From: an uncultured Planctomycetales bacterium
GTDB lineage: Bacteria; Omnitrophota; Gorgyraeia; Gygaellales; JAHJCI01
DNA length: 40,371 nucleotides
Assembly: GCA_964588765.1 (NCBI GenBank)
Contig: CAZPQS010000002.1
Location: forward strand, 1 to 40,371
Reading direction: 5' to 3'
A model generated the notes under the pieces. That model saw only the letters and a program-made list of their open reading frames with translations, had not been told where the DNA came from and did no database searches. Position 1 is the first letter of the stretch. Every line of letters starts with the position of its first letter. Positions 1-6,684 of this stretch are shown in pieces. Position numbers and translations under genes: made by a program.

Positions 1-927
1 TAAACCATGTAAGACCCCGCCCTTCTCGTGCCGATAAACCGTGCCCAGCTCAAATAGACGCAGGGGGAATTCCCGATAACTCCTTATCCTTGAGTTATAA
101 ATGAGAATATGGCCGGGGCAGTTCATCGGCTTTAGGACAAATTCCTTATTCTCAATTTTAAATGTATACATGTTGGCAAGATAATATTCATAATGCCCGG
201 ATGTCCGCCAGAGATTAGCCTCCATAATATGGGGCGTAATTACTATTTGATAACCCCTATTTAGATGCTCTTTTTTTAAGTAGTCCTCAATTATGGTTCT
301 TAAAATAGCTCCTCTGGGATGATAAAACACTAAGCCCGCACCTGCCTCTTCGGGATAGAGGTTAAAGATTCCCAGCTGTGGGCCCAATCTGCGATGGTCG
401 CGCTTCTTTGCCTCTTCTACATTCTTCAGATATTCATCCAATTCCCTCTGAGTGGCAAAACAGGTGCCATAAATGCGCTGAAGCATTGGATTGGTCTCAA
501 TCCCGTGCCAATATGCCCCTGCCACTGACAACAATTTAAATGCCTTCATCTTGCCGGTAGATTCTATATGCGGGCCGCGGCATAAATCCATAAAATCCTC
601 TCCTGTCTTATAAACGGTAACCTTCTCATCAGCAAGGGTATTGATAAGTTCGACCTTATAATCTTCGCTTAATCGGGTAAATAATTTTAGCGCTTTATCC
701 TTACTCATTGCCTCCTGGATAAACGGCTCATCCTTGGCAATAATCTGTTTCATCTTCTCCTCAATTAGAGATAAATCCGCCTCAGTAAAGGGCTCCTCCC
801 TGTCAAAATCATAATAGAAGCCATCGTCGATAGCGGGCCCAATACCCAGCTTTACCTCAGGCCAGAGCTGTTTGACTGCCTGGGCCATTATGTGAGAACA
901 GGAATGTCTTAAGGTTTCTAAATCCAT
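1..927 (-). CDS. thrS: threonine--tRNA ligase, N-terminal part (gene continues past window start); begins at the editing domain with no TGS domain
   Basis: Minus-strand frame open from ATG (925-927) to base 1; absent from the ORF track because it has no stop. Translation [41 protein letters not shown]...[12 protein letters not shown]...[10 protein letters not shown] shows the ThrRS editing HxxxH motif and class II catalytic motifs. Confidence 0.9.
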   Translation of the reverse strand, partial: MDLETLRHSCSHIMAQAVKQLWPEVKLGIGPAIDDGFYYDFDREEPFTEADLSLIEEKMKQIIAKDEPFIQEAMSKDKALKLFTRLSEDYKVELINTLADEKVTVYKTGEDFMDLCRGPHIESTGKMKAFKLLSVAGAYWHGIETNPMLQRIYGTCFATQRELDEYLKNVEEAKKRDHRRLGPQLGIFNLYPEEAGAGLVFYHPRGAILRTIIEDYLKKEHLNRGYQIVITPHIMEANLWRTSGHYEYYLANMYTFKIENKEFVLKPMNCPGHILIYNSRIRSYREFPLRLFELGTVYRHEKGGVLHGL

Positions 928-948
928 CCGTCTTACTCTTCATCAGAA

Positions 949-1025
949 TGGTGGGCGCTACAGGACTTGAACCTGTGGCCCCTTCCATGTCAAGGAAGTA
1001 CTCTATCCAACTGAGCTAAGCGCCC
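949..1025 (-). tRNA. tRNA-Val (anticodon GAC), CCA encoded
   Basis: Reverse complement GGGCGCTTAGCTCAGTTGGATAGAGTACTTCCTTGACATGGAAGGGGCCACAGGTTCAAGTCCTGTAGCGCCCACCA folds as a cloverleaf. Anticodon loop is TTGACAT and T-loop is TTCAAGT. Confidence 0.9.
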
Positions 1026-1040
1026 TTCGCTCTCATATTA

Positions 1041-1125
1041 TGCCGAGAGAGGGACTCGAACCCTCACGGAGCTAAGCTCCAATGGATTTTAAGTCCATAT
1101 TGTCTACCAATTCCAACATCTCGGC
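1041..1125 (-). tRNA. tRNA-Leu (anticodon UAA), long variable arm, uninterrupted
   Basis: Reverse complement GCCGAGATGTTGGAATTGGTAGACAATATGGACTTAAAATCCATTGGAGCTTAGCTCCGTGAGGGTTCGAGTCCCTCTCTCGGCA. Anticodon loop is CTTAAAA, the variable arm is a stem-loop (GGAGCTTAGCTCC), and T-loop is TTCGAGT. Confidence 0.9.
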
Positions 1126-1134
1126 AAATAAATC

Positions 1135-1809
1135 CTAATTAAGAATGGTCTTGCTCTGCCTCCACCCAATATAAGACAAACTACATTCCTTAGCCAATTC
1201 CGCTTTTCTATCTAGGCCTAATGCGCCTTTATAATAACATCTATTTAATATAATTTTTGCAGCAATTTTTCCATATTTCAATACAAACAGATCTACTCTT
1301 GGTTTTTTTCTTTCATCTCGGTGTATCCGGCCTCTAACCTCAAAGATCTGCTCAATGCTTTTCTGGAGCCACTCCATAAATGATAAGGATGGGGAATAAA
1401 TTCTTAAGCTCCACTGTTCTCTTTTGTTAGAAGGATGAGTCCAACTTCTAATACTTCCATCGCCATCAATTAATCCTCTTAAAAAATCGCAAAATAATTC
1501 AGCCGGCGCATCTATCTTATCTTGGATTAAAGACTTTTTTGGAGTTAGACCAACAGATAGCAAAAACTCATATAGATTCCTGTGAGAAAATTGTAGATAA
1601 TGAGCCTCGTTGACTTTACCTTTATTTTTAGTACCAATTTTATTTGTTAAACCTAACGAATTATTTAATTCCTTAAGAAATTCGTAATCTTTGGAGGTAA
1701 TGTCAATATGCCTGCCGTCGGGAGATAAACATCCATCACTTGTAATCAGTCCTACTAAATACCAAAGATTTGACCCTTTAATTTTTAAATTTTTTCGTTT
1801 GCGTGGCAT
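1135..1809 (-). CDS. free-standing double-motif LAGLIDADG homing endonuclease
   Basis: The 224-aa ORF has two LAGLIDADG-type motifs (LVGLITSDGCL and LRGLIDGDGSI) spaced as in single-chain enzymes. It lies 10 nt from the tRNA-Leu 5' end and 13 nt from the tRNA-Cys 3' end. Confidence 0.8.
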   Translation of the reverse strand: MPRKRKNLKIKGSNLWYLVGLITSDGCLSPDGRHIDITSKDYEFLKELNNSLGLTNKIGTKNKGKVNEAHYLQFSHRNLYEFLLSVGLTPKKSLIQDKIDAPAELFCDFLRGLIDGDGSIRSWTHPSNKREQWSLRIYSPSLSFMEWLQKSIEQIFEVRGRIHRDERKKPRVDLFVLKYGKIAAKIILNRCYYKGALGLDRKAELAKECSLSYIGWRQSKTILN

Positions 1810-1822
1810 TTGTTATCTCAAC

Positions 1823-1894
1823 AGGCGCGGAGCGGATTCGAACCGCTGAATAAAGGTTTTGCAGACCTCTGCCTTGCCACTTGGCTACCGCGCC
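1823..1894 (-). tRNA. tRNA-Cys (anticodon GCA)
   Basis: Reverse complement GGCGCGGTAGCCAAGTGGCAAGGCAGAGGTCTGCAAAACCTTTATTCAGCGGTTCGAATCCGCTCCGCGCCT. Anticodon loop is CTGCAAA and the discriminator is U, as expected for Cys. Confidence 0.9.
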
Positions 1895-1895
1895 G

Positions 1896-2435
1896 TTATT
1901 TTAAAGAGCGTTTTACTTCCTTTATTATGGTTTCGACTTCAGCCAAGTGCCCTGACCCTATATCTCCACAGACAAGCTTACCCCTCATCGGAGCAATAAA
2001 TTTATACCCCAAGGTTTTTAACTTCCGTATATTTGCCTGAACAATCTTATTCTTATACATATCCTCATTCATCGCCGGAGCAATTAAAACCGGGGCGCGG
2101 GTCGCCATAACCGTCGTGCTCAATAAATCGTCGGCAATCCCATTGGCAATCTTGCCGATAATATTGGCTGTGGCAGGGGCAATCAATACCAAATCAGCCT
2201 TCTTTGCTAAAGAGATATGTTCTATTTCCCAATTAGCAGGGCTTTTAAACTCATCCCAATATGCCCGCCCACCAACCAAAGAAGAGAAAACCTGAGGAGA
2301 AATCAACCGTGTGGCATTCCTGGTCATTACTACGCTTATATCAAGATTGGTTTTAAGAAGCCTGCGGGCAATCTCGCAAGCCTTATATATAGCGATACTC
2401 GCTGTTACCCCCAGGATAATATTCTTGACTCTCAT
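1896..2435 (-). CDS. coaC: phosphopantothenoylcysteine decarboxylase (flavoprotein CoaC domain only; no CoaB domain)
   Basis: NIILGVTASIAIYKACEIARRL...LIAPATANIIGKIANGIADDLL...APAMN is the CoaC/Dfp flavoprotein pattern. I prefer the ATG at 2433-2435; the ORF-track start at 2465 is a TTG inside the heptamer array. The stop is 1 nt from tRNA-Cys. Confidence 0.8.
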   Translation of the reverse strand: MRVKNIILGVTASIAIYKACEIARRLLKTNLDISVVMTRNATRLISPQVFSSLVGGRAYWDEFKSPANWEIEHISLAKKADLVLIAPATANIIGKIANGIADDLLSTTVMATRAPVLIAPAMNEDMYKNKIVQANIRKLKTLGYKFIAPMRGKLVCGDIGSGHLAEVETIIKEVKRSLK

Positions 2436-2444
2436 TAGTATTAA

Positions 2445-2526
2445 CGCAGATTCCCGCAAATCCAACGCAGATACACGCAGATATTTTTATCTGCGGCCGT
2501 CTGCGTGAAATCTGCGACCATCTGCG
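2445..2526. repeat. array of eight phased heptamers: 4x CGCAGAT-type followed by 4x ATCTGCG-type
   Basis: Direct copies start at 2445, 2455 (CGCAAAT), 2466 and 2476. Inverted copies start at 2489, 2499 (GTCTGCG), 2510 and 2520. Spacing is 10/11/10 bp in each arm, and the spacers are equal in length but unrelated in sequence. Confidence 0.9.
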
Positions 2527-2527
2527 T

Positions 2528-2725
2528 TCATTTCTTTATTAACCTCACCTTTCCCTGAGCAATCTCCTCCAGCGCCGTACTGGATGGCTTAAGTGAGGCA
2601 TTAACCGAAACCAATTTGGGTTGCCCTTCGGCAATTTCTAACGTTCTCTTTGCCGCAAGCATTACCAATTTATATATCGAATTATCTGCTTTATCTAAAA
2701 GCTGCTCTATTGGAATATAGTCCAT
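2528..2725 (-). CDS. rpoZ: DNA-directed RNA polymerase subunit omega
   Basis: The 65-aa ORF contains SIYKLVMLAAKRTLEIAEG, typical of RpoZ, and sits in the conserved gmk-rpoZ-coaBC neighbourhood. Confidence 0.85.
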   Translation of the reverse strand: MDYIPIEQLLDKADNSIYKLVMLAAKRTLEIAEGQPKLVSVNASLKPSSTALEEIAQGKVRLIKK

Positions 2726-2727
2726 CG

Positions 2728-3318
2728 CTATCGCCTTAAGGCCCGTTGAATTATCCCCTTAACCTCTCCAGTCGCCTTGTTTAAATTATCATTGACCAGG
2801 CAATAATCAAAACAACCGGTATTATTTAACTCTTTACTGGCCAATCGCAGCCGCCGATTGAGCTCCTCAGGTTTCGTTCCGGCGAAACGTCCTAAAATCC
2901 GTTCCTTGGTAATACTTAAAGAAGGCGGCTTAAGAAAAATCGTTATTGTCCTGTCCGGATATGCCCTTTTTAAAAACGAGGCACCCTTAATATCCAAGCA
3001 GAGAATTATATGCGATCCCTTTCTTTCCGCCTGTTCGAGCAGGGCGCGGGGCGTGCCGTAATCATATCCTAAATAACAAGTGTGTTCAAGAATTTTTTTT
3101 GCCTTGAGCAATCTCTGGAATTCTTCTGTTGAGACAAAAAGATAATCCCGCCCCTGCCTCTCCCCCGGTCTCTTTGGCCGGGTAGTAAAGGATACTGACC
3201 TGATAAACCTGTCTTTTAATTGTAGTTGTTTGAGTACTTTTTTGGCAAGCGTGGTTTTGCCCGAACCAGAAGGCCCGGAGATGACAAAGATAAATCCTTT
3301 GTTTGTCTTATTCCACAT
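2728..3318 (-). CDS. gmk: guanylate kinase
   Basis: P-loop ISGPSGSGKTTL and TTRPKRPGE motifs. Start taken at the internal ATG (3316-3318), with 3345 as an alternative. Confidence 0.9.
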   Translation of the reverse strand: MWNKTNKGFIFVISGPSGSGKTTLAKKVLKQLQLKDRFIRSVSFTTRPKRPGERQGRDYLFVSTEEFQRLLKAKKILEHTCYLGYDYGTPRALLEQAERKGSHIILCLDIKGASFLKRAYPDRTITIFLKPPSLSITKERILGRFAGTKPEELNRRLRLASKELNNTGCFDYCLVNDNLNKATGEVKGIIQRALRR

Positions 3319-4135
3319 TCTGGACTTGCTCACGCATCTTCTCAATCTCGCTCTTTATCCTTATTATCCTGTTGGAAATAACCGTATCTACCGACTTTGC
3401 CCCGATTGTGTTTGCCTCCCGCTGCATCTCCTTGAGAATAAAATCCAGTTCCTTACCCACTACCTTTTTATTTTTAAGACTGCGCGTGAAATTTTTTAGA
3501 TGAAAACTCAAGCGGACAATCTCCTCATTAATATCCGAACTTCTTAAGAAGCTATTCTTCTCTTCCTCGGTATTATATAGCCTCAATCTTTGCTTAATTA
3601 CCTTTTTAAATCTTGTCTTGATTATTTTTAGAATTTTATCCAGCCTCTGCGCGCTTGCCCTTAGGTCCCGGGACATGGCCGTGCCTTCCTGCTGGCGTTT
3701 CTTAATAAGCGTGTCCAGAGCCTCTTTTATTAAGGGCTTAATCCCTCCCCAGCTAAGGGGTAAAGACAGCCCGGATTGTATGGACCAGATGCCTGGCAGC
3801 CCTGCGAGGGTGTTGATATCGATATTCTCATCCTTGAGGTCAAGCTGCCGGGATATCTGCCTAAGAGAAAGATAGTATTCTTTAATCAAGTGCTTATTTA
3901 ATACCGGCCTTTTAAGCTTAAGGGGATTTACTTCCAGCCGACAGACTATATGGCCCCGCCTTACCTTTTTGCCAATCTCATCCTTTAGCCTCTGCTCCAA
4001 ATGTAAGAAACCCTCGGGTAGATGCAAAATGATATCTAAAAAGCGGTGATTGGTGCTGCGAATCTCCAGGTTTATCGCTCCCCAGGGAGAAATAAACCCC
4101 CTTGCCTTGCCAAATCCCGTCATGCTTTTTATCAT
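3308..4135 (-). CDS. yicC: YicC-family stress-induced protein / endoribonuclease
   Basis: N-terminal MIKSMTGFG plus the C-terminal DUF1732-like EMQREANTIGAKS pattern. GGGGAG Shine-Dalgarno upstream. Confidence 0.85.
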   Translation of the reverse strand: MIKSMTGFGKARGFISPWGAINLEIRSTNHRFLDIILHLPEGFLHLEQRLKDEIGKKVRRGHIVCRLEVNPLKLKRPVLNKHLIKEYYLSLRQISRQLDLKDENIDINTLAGLPGIWSIQSGLSLPLSWGGIKPLIKEALDTLIKKRQQEGTAMSRDLRASAQRLDKILKIIKTRFKKVIKQRLRLYNTEEEKNSFLRSSDINEEIVRLSFHLKNFTRSLKNKKVVGKELDFILKEMQREANTIGAKSVDTVISNRIIRIKSEIEKMREQVQNVE

Positions 4136-4207
4136 ATTTTTTGCTCCCCTATAATCAATCTCCGATTCTGGTTACGAGCATCAAAGATCAGGCATCGAGC
4201 CCATCAA

Positions 4208-4711
4208 CTAAGCCCAGGTTTTAATCTTCTGTTTATCTCTGACAGTCTCTTTTGTTAAATATAAATCAACGATAATCTCTTCCGGCTGAAACCACAACTT
4301 AATCTCCCGCTCAGCATCGGCTCGATTGGCAGAAACATGAATGACGTTCTCATACAGCCCGGAGGTAGTAATCCGGCCGTAAGCTCCCCGTATGGAAGTA
4401 GATTCTGCCTCTTCCGGATTGGTTGCTCCGGCTAATTGGCGGCATTTAGAAATTGCTTCCTTCCCCCAATAAACCAGGGCCATAACCTTTCGGCGGTTGT
4501 GCATCTCTCCCTGAATATACCTGATTAATTCAGGGAAAAATGGTTTATCGCTGAGATGAGTATAGTGGGTCTCGGCTAACTCCCGGGAGACACGCAAAAT
4601 CTTAGCCGCAACAATCTCTAACTTGGTCTCGGAAAGACGGGTTAATATGTTGCCGGTTAAAGACTTTTTTAACCCATCGGGCTTAATTAAAATTAGGGTT
4701 GCCTCGTTCAT
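4208..4711 (-). CDS. ndk: nucleoside-diphosphate kinase (divergent, extended C-terminus)
   Basis: TLILIKPDG, YxxL..KPFF, ATNPEEA..SIRG and a retained catalytic His context (NVIHVS). Confidence 0.75.
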   Translation of the reverse strand: MNEATLILIKPDGLKKSLTGNILTRLSETKLEIVAAKILRVSRELAETHYTHLSDKPFFPELIRYIQGEMHNRRKVMALVYWGKEAISKCRQLAGATNPEEAESTSIRGAYGRITTSGLYENVIHVSANRADAEREIKLWFQPEEIIVDLYLTKETVRDKQKIKTWA

Positions 4712-4717
4712 AAATCT

Positions 4718-5566
4718 TTACTCGCTCCTTAATTTATTGACAATCCTTTCCAGGTCTTCTTGAGAATAGAACTCAATAAGAATATGCCCCCGTTTCTTTT
4801 TTTTGCTAATCCTGACCTTGGTAGCTAAAATATGTTGCAGCTCTTGCTCAAACACTGCCAGGTAGGGTTCTTGCTGGGTAGTTCTCAGCCGGATTTTAGT
4901 CATCTTGGACTGCAGTCTTTTAATCAAATTCTCTAACTCCCTGACTGACAATCCCTTAGAGATAGTTTCTTGAGCCAGGCGGCGCTGCCGATTTGGGTCC
5001 TTGACTTCTAAAAGGGCTCTTCCATGAGCAAAAGAGAGAAGGCCCTTTTTGATTTCTTCCTGAATCTCTTGAGGTAAGTTCAATAATCGCAAGGTGTTAG
5101 CAACAGAGGCCCTGGCCTTACCCAAGACCTCACTGATTTTTTCTTGAGTAACTTTAAATTTATCAATAAGATATTGATAAGCATGCGCCTCCTCAATAGG
5201 ATTAAGCTCCTGTCTTTGAATGTTTTCTATCAAGGATAATTCCAGGGAGTCGCGATCTTCCACATCTTTGATTATTATAGGTATCTCTTTAAAATTCAAT
5301 ATGTTAGCAGCGCGCAACCTTCTTTCTCCGGCAATGACTTCGTAATATTCTCCCTTAGGTCTAACCAAAATCGGTTGGATAACGCCTTTTTCTTTAATGG
5401 ATTGGGTTAATTCCTCCATGCTCCGGCTATCAAAATTCTCCCGTGGCTGAAGAGGGCTGGGTTTAATTTGCTCCAGCCTGGCATAAGTAATCTTTTCTCC
5501 TTTTTGTTCGGATTCTTTTTCTGGAATTAATGCGCTTATTCCCTTACCCAACGCTTTTCTTTCCAT
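4718..5566 (-). CDS. parB: chromosome partitioning protein ParB/Spo0J
   Basis: ParB box motifs IQPILVRP and EVIAGERRLRAA, plus an HTH region. Confidence 0.9.
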   Translation of the reverse strand: MERKALGKGISALIPEKESEQKGEKITYARLEQIKPSPLQPRENFDSRSMEELTQSIKEKGVIQPILVRPKGEYYEVIAGERRLRAANILNFKEIPIIIKDVEDRDSLELSLIENIQRQELNPIEEAHAYQYLIDKFKVTQEKISEVLGKARASVANTLRLLNLPQEIQEEIKKGLLSFAHGRALLEVKDPNRQRRLAQETISKGLSVRELENLIKRLQSKMTKIRLRTTQQEPYLAVFEQELQHILATKVRISKKKKRGHILIEFYSQEDLERIVNKLRSE

Positions 5567-5570
5567 AATA

Positions 5571-6440
5571 TTACTCCCCTTTCAGTTCTTCCGTCTGTTT
5601 AGATTCATTTTGCGAAAGAGTCTGTTGTATTTGTTCTGAACGTTTTTCATTTTGAGAACTGTCCAATTGGACCCCAGGGAAGGCTAAGCCTAATATCTCC
5701 TGTGTCAATGCCTCGTATTTCTGCGCACCTATGGAGTTTTTATCATATAGGGCAATGGGTTTCCCAAAACTCGGCGCCTCTGATAAACGAATACTTCTGG
5801 GAATGACCGTTTCATAAACCTTTTCCTTAAAATAATTTCGTGCTTCCTGGATAACTTCCTTGGTGAGATTGGTCCGAAAATCTGCCATAGTAAGAATCAT
5901 CCCCTCAATGGTAAGTCCAGGATTAAGGTTATCTTTCACAAGCTTAATAGTATTAATGAGTTGCGTTAATCCTTCTAAGGCATAATATTCGCATTGAACC
6001 GGTATAAACACCGAATCCGCAGCGCATAAGGCATTTATAGTCAATAATCCCAGGGAGGGCGGTGAATCAATAAATATAAAATCGAAATTCTCTTTTTCTT
6101 TAGCTAAGGCCTTTTTTAATCTATGCTCTCTTCCTAAAACACCCACTAACTCTACCTCTGCGCCCGTGAGATCTAAATTAGAAGGGGCTAAATAAAGATT
6201 TTTAACTGCCGTGGCTTGAAGCACCTCCTTTATATCCAACTCTTCAAGTATGGTATGGTAGGTACTTTTCTTGATGTTGTGCCTGTTTATGCCTAACCCG
6301 CTGGTAGCATTTGCCTGGGGGTCCAAATCAATGAGCAAGACCCTTTTGCCTGTTAATGCTAGGTAAGTAGCTAAATTTATTGCCGAAGTGGTCTTGCCAG
6401 TACCCCCCTTTTGATTACAGATAGCGATAATCTTACCCAT
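5571..6440 (-). CDS. parA: chromosome partitioning ATPase ParA/Soj
   Basis: Deviant Walker A NQKGGTGKTT and the DLDPQ motif, immediately upstream of parB. Confidence 0.9.
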   Translation of the reverse strand: MGKIIAICNQKGGTGKTTSAINLATYLALTGKRVLLIDLDPQANATSGLGINRHNIKKSTYHTILEELDIKEVLQATAVKNLYLAPSNLDLTGAEVELVGVLGREHRLKKALAKEKENFDFIFIDSPPSLGLLTINALCAADSVFIPVQCEYYALEGLTQLINTIKLVKDNLNPGLTIEGMILTMADFRTNLTKEVIQEARNYFKEKVYETVIPRSIRLSEAPSFGKPIALYDKNSIGAQKYEALTQEILGLAFPGVQLDSSQNEKRSEQIQQTLSQNESKQTEELKGE

Positions 6441-6462
6441 TGTAATTCAAGTGGTTACATTA

Positions 6463-6478
6463 TGTTCCACGAGGAACT
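6463..6478. promoter_or_regulatory. parS-like site (TGTTCCACGAGGAACT)
   Basis: Matches 13 of 16 positions of the TGTTNCACGTGAAACA parS consensus by eye. It lies 23 nt upstream of the parA start. Confidence 0.4.
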
Positions 6479-6495
6479 ATCCCTGTTAAGTGCCC

Positions 6496-6684
6496 TTAGG
6501 GAGCTCTTTTGGGGCTAACCCGCACCTTGGCTGGTTTTCCTCCTGGCATGCCAAAAAGCCCCTTTTCTCCCTCAAATAATATCTCAATTTCCACTTGACT
6601 GCGGGGCAGATTTAGCTTCTTTAAGGCACTTTTTATTGCCGCCTCTACTGTTTCCCCTTCTATTTCAATGCCTGATTGGTTCAT
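6496..6684 (-). CDS. Jag_N-domain-only protein (truncated Jag/KhpB homologue)
   Basis: The 62-aa ORF overlaps the yidC stop by 4 nt at the canonical jag position. IEIEGETVEAAIKSALKKLNLPRSQVEIEIL resembles the Jag N-terminal domain; no KH or R3H region follows. Confidence 0.6.
   Translation of the reverse strand: MNQSGIEIEGETVEAAIKSALKKLNLPRSQVEIEILFEGEKGLFGMPGGKPAKVRVSPKRAP

Noticed and set aside
1041-1125. Possible group I intron in tRNA-Leu(UAA) as host for the adjacent LAGLIDADG ORF
   Set aside because: The tRNA-Leu(UAA) sequence is continuous with an intact anticodon loop (CTTAAAA). The endonuclease ORF lies outside the tRNA, 10 nt upstream of its 5' end.
1810-2508. Plus-strand ORFs 1810-2040, 2217-2438 and 2311-2508
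   Set aside because: They overlap tRNA-Cys, coaC and the heptamer array on the opposite strand and have no motifs, so they are spurious.
2445-2526. CRISPR array or simple rho-independent terminator as the explanation for the heptamer block
   Set aside because: The units are 7 bp with 3-4-bp spacers, far too short for CRISPR. No U-tract follows the palindrome in the transcribed (minus) direction, and conservation is confined to heptamers rather than whole arms. It is therefore kept as an unexplained finding.
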